Positions 13,138 to 23,640 of a DNA stretch of 64,000 nt are shown one piece after another (positions within the stretch are counted from its first letter, which is position 1; each line of letters starts with the position of its first letter). This DNA is from Podarcis cretensis (taxonomy: Eukaryota). Both the position numbers and the translations under genes were made by a program. Location: assembly GCA_951804945.1 (NCBI GenBank), contig OX638149.1:51832001-51896000 (forward strand). The letters are read 5' to 3'. The notes under the pieces were generated by a model that was not told the origin of the DNA, searched no databases, and was given only the letters and a program-made list of their open reading frames with translations.

Positions 13138-13584
13138 GTATGAAGATAGGTGTCAATAACATTTTTGTCTCCAGTGGGTGGGTTTTGCTAGCTTTTGAGA
13201 TCTACTTTAGCACCATATTTGGGGGGTCAGAAACTGTTTCTTCTTGCCTCTGCTCAGTTTGGCTAGTGACCTTCTTTCCTTCCCTCCCCTGCTGTGCCCA
13301 ATATTACCATAGTGTGTGGTTACAGCTGGTTAGTTGGAGCACCTGGAGTCATTTTCTCTGTAAGCACTTCCTGCTTCGTGGCTCTGTGGGCTTGGTTGGT
13401 GGAAAGTCCTGTCTAACAAGCAGAAAGTTGCAGTGGTCATCTCTTTGGTCCCTCCCAAGTGTACAATGTGACTTTGTCCACATAGCAGGAAACCGCCTCT
13501 TGTGGGTTTCCTGCGCTTCAGTGTTCTGGCACCTGCTTTTTCCTCTTCAGCTCGCATGTCTCATGTTATTGTCTCTGTCCACAG

Positions 13585-13917
13585 GCCGGCCCTGATCACA
13601 GTTACAGCAAGGAAAAGATCAAGATTGTGGAAGGGATATACCTCTTGTCCAGCGATGAATCGGAGTGGGACGACCTGAAACAGATACGGAGCTCTCGGGG
13701 GTGTATCCTCCGTGACCACGTGTGCATGAAGACTGACACGGTCTCTATCCAAGCCAGCTCCGGCTCACTGGATGACACCGAAACAGAGCAGCTGCTGCAG
13801 GAGGAGCAGTCAGAATGCAGCAGCATCAACGTGGCGGCGACCCCTGAGCGCCGCGGCTCCCTTCCAGACACAGGCTGGAAGCACCAACGCAAACCCTCAA
13901 CAGAGAGTGATGTCTAA
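13585..13917 (+). CDS. LRP4: LRP4 last coding exon 38, ends in PDZ-binding ESDV-stop
   Basis: CAG|GCC; [40 protein letters not shown]. Confidence 0.96.
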   Translation, partial: AGPDHSYSKEKIKIVEGIYLLSSDESEWDDLKQIRSSRGCILRDHVCMKTDTVSIQASSGSLDDTETEQLLQEEQSECSSINVAATPERRGSLPDTGWKHQRKPSTESDV

Positions 13918-16085
13918 AGCACACAATGAGACGCTTGTCCCTCCTCTGTCACCTTTCGCACTGATGAGATAGGATCTTGCCCGCAATTCCAGGAGGAACT
14001 CAAAAGAGACTTGCCTCTGTGTCACACAGAGCCCAGAGACTTTCTTTCTGAGAGGAGCCTGAGCTTAAACTGCCATTGTGGCAAGTGGGAGACAACCTAG
14101 AGACTCTTGGCTCACTGTTCATTGATGTTTATTTATATGTCCCCTTTTGCTAGAAGCTGTGGTGCTGAATTCAGCAGCAGCTTTCCCAGCTGTGTCCGAG
14201 GCAGCTTTCATTCGGTCTAGTGCACCAGCTAGCCATGGACTCCCAACGCCACCAGGGAGGGATGAGTGTTTCTGAAGTTCCCTGCTCCTGATACTACTAC
14301 CTTTCTTCAGAGTCCGTTGGCACTAACTAGATTTTGCACTGCGCTCTTTCTATCTTAAATGAAAGGGTTTGGGGCCAGGTAGAAGTGCCTGAAGTGAGAA
14401 AGGTGATGTAACAGCGGGTCACTTTTGCAGATACTTGTGTGGGGAGAGCAAACGACAGTTGTAACTTCACTGGAAGGGGCACTAAATTACCATTACCATC
14501 TTTTTTTAAGCTATGGGGAAACACCTGTAAAATCCAACCTAGGGTGTCAGGAGTTCAGAGGGTAAAGCATTTAGGTCTGTTGCTGGCAACAGAGGTTGCT
14601 CCTGCCACAGTTTGGTGTGGCAGAATGCCCACTCCCTTCCTAAAACATACTTCTGGTTTTTTCAGATTGAACTTAACACATCTGTTCCCTGGAGGGACGA
14701 CTCGCTGTTTTTATTGCACTTCCCATTAGCTTTGACTTCCAAGGAAAGCGCCGGGTGCAATGGTATTTTATCATAACCTTCCTTAGTTAGTCAAGTCACA
14801 GGCCCATCCTGTGGAAATGTGTGCTACTGAAAACAACGTTAGCCTGTGGAACACAAGTGGGCAATATGTTTTATTTGTTTGTCTGTTTTGGAAATGGAAT
14901 ATAAATTGGTCAGTGGGTGTATCTGAAACATCAGGTGCAAGTTCCAGCTCCAACATGCCAGTAGGGGACATTTTCTAAGCCTTTTCTTGCCAGCGTTTCT
15001 CTTTGGAAATTCTGGGCGGATGGGTCTGCTCGCACCTTCTTCTAGGATCTGCTGTGTGGGTTGAGTAGTGTGGTGTCAAAAAGTGGGTGTGTGCAATTTG
15101 AGAGATGATGAATGTGTGTGGCTAGGCAAAGGCAGGCAGGCGGGGAGTCAGGCAGGGCACCAGAACTGTTTGACTGTGTAAAGTTCCTTTCCTCCACAGT
15201 TCAACTAGGTTAAGATTTCCATGCTATGAAGGGAGAACCAAGGCTAAGAAACGGCCTTTTCAAAATGTTTTGCAGGTGGTGGTTTGTGCAACCAAACACT
15301 TCCTCCACCAGCTCCAGACATGATTTGGCAAGATAGCACTTACATTGAGGGAAGTCCTATTCAGAGCTGATAACCACATTATTTATTCTCTGGGAATATG
15401 CACCACTATCCTCTCACCTTGCTCCTGCAAGTGCCTCTCTTGTGATTAGCACATGATGTATAGACTGTGCTTGTGTGAGTGTGACCCTATTGACAAGCAG
15501 CACAGGTTCCCTGTGGCTAAACAGTTACGTGATCTGATTCCTTCCTCTCATCTAGTCCAAGCAGGGAGGAGGGCGCAAGCATTAAAAAAACCAGCGATCC
15601 AACTCTAGCAACCTGCCCCCTTGCAGCTTTCCCTCTATAACAGGTCTATATTTCCATCAACAAGGCAACCCTCCCCCTTATGTGTCTTGTTGAGTTAAAC
15701 ATTTTATTGCACACCTAAAACCGTGATACATGAATATGACAATTGTGCATTTTTAATCACATTCATTGAAGGAGTCCATGCACAAGAAAGCTAGGGTGGG
15801 TGATGCGTTTGTACAGTGGCAATTGTGTTGGTTGCTGCATAGTGTGTGAAGCAGTAATAAGTAGTGCATCTTTGTCACAGACACCTTTTCTTTCTAGATG
15901 GTCCACAGCAGACATGTCGTGCTTCTGCCTGTTCCCTCTACCATCTCCATCCCTGCTCACCTCTGCTATTTCCATCGTGTTTCTTTACATTTGCTGGTGA
16001 TCCTCTGTTGCCTTCGCCCACACATATTGGGCATGTTTGCACACACTCAGTATTGTAAAAATAAAACAGTGGAATTTTGGGTTGC
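13918..16085 (+). other. LRP4: LRP4 3'UTR (approximate end)
   Basis: Follows the stop codon; AATAAA at 16060-16065 followed by a GT-rich stretch. Confidence 0.55.
16060..16065 (+). terminator. Candidate LRP4 polyadenylation signal
   Basis: AATAAA ~2.1 kb after the stop codon, downstream GTGGAATTTTGGGTTG. Confidence 0.55.
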
Positions 16086-19000
16086 AGCAGGAACTGTGCA
16101 AGCCAGTCTTGGTGCAAGGTCGGCATTCCTGACAATTAACCCCAACCTTTCCCAACTTGTAGCCGGGAAAACCTCTTGCTTTCTCATCTTGAGGAAGGTA
16201 TAAATTAAAATTACTTTGAGAGCCGAGTTTTGTATTTCAAGGAAACATGCATAAAGCTCTGCTTCTGCAGCATCACACAGCAAAATCAACCTGTGCTTAA
16301 AAGTTTCAGTACTGTGAGCAAGTCTTTCTAGGACATGTTTATATTCTTCCATCAAAGACTCTCTCGTTCTGACTGTCCAACCTCAGAACTGTTTTCCTAT
16401 TTTACCTGCTATTACTCTCTCTTCATTTATTTGCATGTCATTTATTGTGCTTTGCTCTCCTAGCTGTCCTTGTGAACTAAGAGTTGCATTCATTGCTGTC
16501 TCTGCATCAGCAGAAAAGACTTTTTTCTCTGTGCAATAAGACTTCACTTTCCTCTCTTCGCCCTTGCATCCACTCAAAATCTGCTCCAGAGTTTGGGGGG
16601 ATGTGGGGACTGTGGGAGACGAGAGAAGAATGTAAAGTTCTGTTATGCGAGCAGAAGTCCATTTGTGCAGTGTTGGATTCCACCCTAAGTCTCTCATACT
16701 TTCAAAGAAATCCATGTATTGAACCACACCAGCTCTTGTGCCTGCATTCATAAGTCCATAAGTGACTTTTTACCATATTCTCTGCGTTCTCTTCCTTCAG
16801 CCATTATTTTCCATTGGCATCTGATTCTGACCCATCCGAAAAGATAGAACTTGAGGATTGGAAATGTAAAAACAGCAGCTTAAAGTCCAAATTAAACCAA
16901 TTAGCTGTATTTATGTTATTAAAATTGCCATCCACACTAGGCTCACTTTATTTTGGGGGAGTCTGGTGAGGGGAGACAAAACAAACAAACAAACCCTGTA
17001 AAAGACAATGTGGAGAGCACTTGCAGGAAGGCAAACAGTAACACGCCCTGCCTAGCCCACTGATGTTCTCTTGAAAAGGCAGTAGCATGACAAGGGACTT
17101 TGGCTTGAGGAGATCTCTCGTTTACATCAATTATATCAATTTCATGGGCCGTGAAATGGTAATATGAACAAGGGCAAAGTCAAGCATAGCCCTTTTGAAA
17201 AAGACAGCACTGGAGATCACATTGTGCTAGTTGTATCCTGATGCCTTTTGTAGGAGACTGGACCAGATCACTCTGGGATCCCTTGCTGTTGTGCATCCCT
17301 ATGAAAAATTGGTTAGAACTGGGGCTTGGAGCAATGTTGTTATTAGGCTTTCCCCCTACTTCCAGGGGAATATATTAGATTTTAATTTAAATATATTTAT
17401 TTGGGTTGGCTCCAATGAAGCTTCGTCAGGCTGAAGGGATCTGTGGGGATAGGGTAGCCCTTCTGCTGAAACCATGGACAAAATTAAGGCCATGTGCATT
17501 TGAAAAAAAGAGTTCAGGAAAGATGAAGCCAGGCCCCTGGAACTTATGAGGGTCACAAGGCCAGGGTGAAGTGTTGAATATAGGCAGGTGCAATTAGAAG
17601 AAACAATATTAAAAATGGAGGCTGGGAAATAATTGAAAAATACTTGTCCTCTTACAAGTTCAGTAAATCAGCAGGAGAGTGCCACTGCCACTAATGTCTC
17701 CCCTTGTCTTTCTGTAACTTTTTATTGCACATTCCAGTCTACATAATGACCTCCTTTCTCAAACCCCTTCCCTTGACCCATCTGACCCCTAGCAGCCCTC
17801 ATAATGGCTGCAGAAGATTGGAAGAATGGTACCTACAGCTTTACTCCTACTTATGAAGTAAACAGCGATGAGATGCGCAAGCAGCCTTTGGCCAATGCTG
17901 CTGGTTATATGGGACTCTTCACTGCCAATGCTGATGAAGCAAAGTCTCGTTGCACTTGGACTTTGCAGAATGTGGAAAGCCAGAAGTGGGGACAATCTCG
18001 CGAGCACTGATTAACTATGTAAAAAGAACATCCTGCCTCTGTCTGTCTTGAGCTGTTGGCAGCAATTTCCCTACCTTTCTGTGTAATGGTTTTAAATGTT
18101 ACTCACTGGAGAGATTGGATTTCCCCTTTCCCCCCCAAGTTATTTAACTACTATGCTCAGTATTTTAGGTTTGATGATAATTTAATATAAATTTAGCTTT
18201 TCTTAATCGCTCTGCTGGACTTGTGAGTTGTGAATCATGAATGCTACCCAAACAGGCCACATGAAGGCTCATGAAGGCTCATCTCATTTGAAGAAGCGAT
18301 GGAGTTGGGACCAGAGCAAACAGATCCCATCACACCTCTCCTTTGAAGCAACAACTGGTTTAGGATTTGGGTGAAAGCAGGGGAATGGGAATTAACTTAC
18401 GAATATTACATATGGCAGGTTATGGCACTGCCAAGGACTAACGCCAGAAATGTCTGAAGCTCAAATTAGTAGGGCTGCTGCTTGCTTCCCTCTGGTATTA
18501 ACTTGGCATTTCATAGAGTCTATTACGACCCCATGAAGCTTAGAGGGTTTTTGCATTTCTCATGCTGGCAATTTCAATGTTTACAGATGAATCGCTTAGA
18601 ATGTACACACTTCTGCTTCTTGTCCCTTACATTTCTGTGCTTCCCTTTTAGTTCAGTGTGTGTCCCTGTTTCTCAATATACTGATTGATCCCAGAATCAT
18701 GAGTCATAAATCAAACCAAATTGAAAGTTTACAGTGCTTTACTACACTTCTAGATGAGCAGATTACAATAATTCAAAACGTGAAATGATTCTTACAAATA
18801 AAATGAGAACTTACAGAATAATGACTAATTACCTTATTAGCTTCCTTAATAAATCTAAACACTAGTCTAATTTAAAAATAATTACTAACCAAAGTTTGTA
18901 GCTAGTTAGAAAATTAATTTCTATTAACCTGGCCAAGATTGTTCCTAGTTACACACTCCACAGCTGGTATTGATGTAGAGAAGTCATTTTTAGTCCAGAA

Positions 19001-22000
19001 GCAATTATTTGACCATTTTGGGGTCCATTCTATTAATGGACAAAACTATGACTTACAGCTTCAAACTTTAAACATCGAGTACCTAACTGCCCCAGACTAA
19101 TTTTGTGGATTTGATGACACCTGCAGCTGCATCCATAACTTGATGGCTTTTCCCCATCTGCTGGTGGTCAGCTTTGACCTTGGCAATGGTGCCTTTGGCA
19201 TGAGTTTTCTGTCCTGCTTTGCACCCAGTTTCTCAAGTGTAGATGTAAAATAATGTTCCCCCAAAGTTCAATATATCAGTAAATCAGCCATGTACGGTAC
19301 CTTCTGTGCAGTGTCAACCAAAGAGGCTTTGTGTTCAAATGGGAGCAGTTTCATCTTCTGAAGGCCAGCCTAAAAATCATATTTCCAGCACTTGACAACT
19401 AGCCTACATTCATCCTTAGATCTATATATTTCCTCACAGCAAGGTAGCATAGATAATGGCAGCATATATATTTCAAAAATAGCAAAAAATATGTGCCCCA
19501 AGCAGCATAAAATATGGTGATGCATCATGTAAGACCCTTGGGATAAATAGCAAACATGATATAACAAGACACATCACATACAGACACTGGCACAAAAAAA
19601 AACCCCTATAAGCATGGTTTATATGCAGCAGATCCCTTCATTGGCCCTGTATGAAGTATATGATCAGTATTCACAAAGGGCAAGTTGCAGCGTAAAAATT
19701 CACAGTATCATTTATAAAAATGTCCTCATTTTGCATTGATAGCCTTATGGTCAGATGTGGAAGACATTTTTATTAACATTATTTAGCCTGCATTTCCATC
19801 TATACACAAGAACCTCAAGACAAGCTTTTGTGTAGCTGCCAAAAAAACACTTGGTATCATTGGACTTTATTGGACTTTTCATTATTGTAGTTAATAAGTT
19901 TAATTACTGGGTATCAGATGAGACGAATGTATTTCTCATGCCTGAGTATTCTTAATTTATAACATACAGCCATCTTAAAACGTTATAATCGCTAAAAAAA
20001 AAAGATTTGGTTTACTCTTCTTAGCCTGCATATAAATTTTGAAATATCAACTCTGTACCCTTTGCAAGACTATTAAAACAGAAACAACAGTGGACTTCTC
20101 CCGTGCTGCTTAGGGATCTTCATATCATTATCAAATGAGTTACAGATATTAGAAATAACTTCTTTTCTCCTAGAAGAGAAAGGAAAAGAATGCAAATATC
20201 CTCATACTTGCTTGGTTGGTCCCATTCCCTAGTAGAGTGGATAAGGATATTTCTTATACATACATATTGAAATAACTTTGGTTACTTCCATGTACATGAA
20301 TATGGACTATATGAGCAAAGATTCTGAATTATGCTGCTAGGTCATATAAATATTCTATTTAATTACAAACCAATATGTTTTAGTTGTTATAAAAACCAGA
20401 CAGAATCCATGTTTGTTTAGGAAATACATTAATTTCAAAATAGGAAGCTTGATTAAATCTCTCCACCTTTTTCCTTAACCACTGGGAAAGTGCTACTCCA
20501 AACACAAAGTGGAACTATCAGCATATAATTCTATGTAAGAACTCTGGCGATTCACTTATGGTAAACCTTTTACATCGCTGGTTCGTGAATGTGAAATGAG
20601 GAAACAGCAAAATGCTTCTTTCCAAACAGGAGGATTCAGCTGTGGGACTGGCAACTGTCCATTCCAGTTTGTCTAAAAGGGCTCATTGTTCTTGTATCTT
20701 GTTATATCATCCACATTCTGGCTGGAAAAAGCAGCTCTATTCATCCAGCTTTAGAAATTCTGCCATGGTTGACAAGGCTGTGCCTACCACCTACCAAGAC
20801 AGTAATGGCAATTGCCAAACCACTTTACTTGGAGTAAACAGATTTGAATATTGGTACCAAGGAATCTTGAAGACTGTACTGTTCTTTCATCTTCATATAT
20901 CACCTTACTGTAAGGTGAAGTTGAAAGTTAATGTAGTCAAATGGTGTTGAGTCTGTAAAGCATTTTATAGAATTGGAAACACAACAATTCACATCTGTAC
21001 CAGGACTGCCTTACACTCAAAAATGTTCGGTACTAAAACAGGTGAGGCACCCGTAACTACCTGATACAATTTCCAGAAGTAGTAGTAAAGATTGCCTGAT
21101 GAGGTACGTATTAATTTAGAAGTCCTATTGTGTTCAACAAAATAACTGTATAGGACTGCAGTCTTAATGTGACACAATTGTAACATCTACGCAACATACA
21201 CAAATGGCATATACAATTAAGGAAACTACAATGGGGAACTGCTCATGTATCACACTCTGAATTGCTTCATCAACTTTGGTATATACCAGTCTGCTATGGA
21301 TTAAAAAATGGAAAGCAGGATCCACAAAGGGATATAATACCTTTGTATCATTGCATACAATTATCTAATACCCTTCTAGAAGCTAAGGGAGACTCAGTAC
21401 AGCCTAGATTCCTTCAAAGTAGTCCAAAAGAAATTGAATGCTAGAAGGCTCATAGACAGAAGTGTGTTTATTGTCTTGCCAATCAATCTCTGTTCTGGAA
21501 GTCATACTCGTTAACTTACCAGTAAATACAAATAGCCTGGAATCTTTCCAGCAAGGTGCCTCAACCCACCAGTCATGCCATAATCAACAGCTGATTCTGG
21601 TAAAAATGCCAATTCTTCATATAAAAAGTTTTTGTATCACCCATTTGTATCACCCAATTAAATCTGAATGTAAACATTCATGGGATAGAGGATATCCTTT
21701 TTAGAAACTGTTTTCAGAGTTGCTAATCTTAATTGCCTACCCTAGGCTGATGATGGGCAACTTAATTGATTACTACCTAGGGATTCAGAAAACAGCTAAG
21801 TTTTCTTAATGGACCTAACTTGGTCATGTTGATTAATTTCTACTCTGAGTAAAACCTAGTGAAGACCTCCCCCTAAGGTTAAGAGGCAACGATAAATGTG
21901 TTAAAACAGAGTGGGTTCATGCCGATAGGTGGCTTACTGCTTAATGGCATCCACTGAGTTCTATGGGATAAAGTTCAGGGAGACAAAGCTTGCATCTCGA

Positions 22001-22754
22001 CAGTGGGATACACAGGGCATCCTTTATTTATCTCTGTCCCACAATGTCTCCTTTATTTTCTCTCATATAAGGGAATGGTGTCCATCATTAATCACTTGCT
22101 GGAATTCAGCATTTTATCACTTTATTATATAAAGAAGCAACAGGAACACACAAGTGGGTGGGAGAAGGAAGCAGGACCCCTCTTTTCTTGGGCCCTCCTG
22201 AAAAAGGCCAGGAGACAGGAGAGGAAGAGGCATGTTGCCTCCACTCCAGAGGCCTCAGAATAGCTTTTGGCTTAGAAGTGGTGGGAATTAGCAAGCTTTC
22301 AATTTTTCCAACACTGATCAGTCCATACAGAACGACACCTTCATTAGGGCAAAAAGAAGTGTGCAAGCTTTTGAGATCCTCAAGACCCTTCAGCAGGCTA
22401 GATGCACTGGGTATATACACACACCACTGCATGCATGAGTAGGGCAGAGGATAAGTCACATAGAGTTTATAAGTAAATGTGTATATGACTGCCGCCTTAG
22501 GTTAGGCTGCATTTGGTGCAAAAATGACTAGGTTGCACCAAAGACAACAGTGAGAATGAAACATACAAACCGAAAAACTGCTAGTTCTTACTATTCTCTG
22601 CAGCGGTAGCCTTTACTTCAACCTGAAAGCTTTTTGCACAAAGCAAAACTAGCCTAATGAGAACCCAATCCTATGCACATATTCTCTGAAGAAAGTGCTA
22701 TTATGTTTAAGCAAGTTAGGATTGCTGTTTTAGTCTATGTAACATTTTCATGCT

Positions 22755-23220
22755 GTTTTTAAAATACTATTTTATTTAACATAATTATTACAAAATATAA
22801 GCAAAATATTGCAAATACATACATATATTTCAGATAAACACACACATATAAAAAAGAACAAAAAAGGAAGAAAAGAAAAAAGGAGAAAAAGAAGAAAAGT
22901 TGGAAGAATTTCTTCCAAATTTATTCTACAAATATCTCAATAATAAAATTTCATTGACTGATTTCCATCGCTTACACTGCACTTCCTATATACATTTTAA
23001 GCAAGATTGTATCTGTTATTCCGTATTTCCCCCATACAATCTCACACAAATATTCTAATCCATAAGTTTTCTAAATCTTTCATAAATCTATTCTAAACAC
23101 AACCAATACCTCACACTTAATCTTTGTCTGTTTTAATTTGGCGGACTTTTTCATCATGTCCTCTCCTCGCCCCTTCATTTGCCTAATCCAATCAGATAAA
23201 AGTCTCTTGAAGTTTACATC
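22755..23220 (-). mobile_element. Degenerate L1/Tx1-like LINE 3' fragment
   Basis: TTTATT terminus, A-rich tract and decayed coding-like end on the minus strand; architecture like the element at 63177. Confidence 0.45.
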
Positions 23221-23403
23221 AACTGGAAAGCTGGCTCACTGCTCTGGCCCTAATACTGTACATTATTACTCTTGTTATTTTTGGATCTCCCCCAATGAAA
23301 CAACGTGGCTGCCTACAGTTGTGGGCTTTTTAAAAAGGTCTTTGGAATCCACCCCTTCACTTCGGAGGAGGAAGGGAAGGTGAAGCAAGAATAAGAAAGG
23401 CAT

Positions 23404-23640
23404 GGCCCCTGACAACGTCATGAGTCAGGAAGAAAGAACCTGTCCGCCCTGATCTTATTATTCTGTCCTGATCGTCATTGTTGTGACGGAGACGTAAGAG
23501 GCGGCGTCAATCCAGCTGCTCTGCTTAAAAGACGCAGGGAGAAACTGGACTTCTCCGCTCATCTCTTGATTGGCTGCTCGAATCTAGGAAAATGTCATCT
23601 GTGAAGCTTCCATTGGTCATCTTGCACCGTCACTCAAAGC
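23404..23640 (-). promoter_or_regulatory. CRE/AP-1/CCAAT-rich promoter-like cluster
   Basis: Local CpG enrichment, several TGACG/CGTCA half-sites, TGAGTCA at 23421-23427, ATTGG at 23569 and 23612. Confidence 0.55.

Larger units (their letters stand above)
16047..23421 (-). pseudogene. Putative decayed multi-exon gene of unknown family, antisense to LRP4/CKAP5
   Basis: Series of minus-strand AG..GT-bounded segments with compatible phases and protein-like translations, interrupted by in-frame stops and a 13-bp duplication. Confidence 0.55.

Noticed and set aside
16383-16385. In-frame TGA as selenocysteine
   Set aside because: Other segments of the same relic contain TAG stops and a frameshift, and I could not identify a SECIS element; a CGA>TGA nonsense change is simpler.
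21520-21630. Resemblance of LYEELAFLPESAVDYGMTGG..GKIPG to a kinesin P-loop or to FAM180 proteins
   Set aside because: No GxxxxGKT motif and only scattered identities; not enough to name a family without a search.
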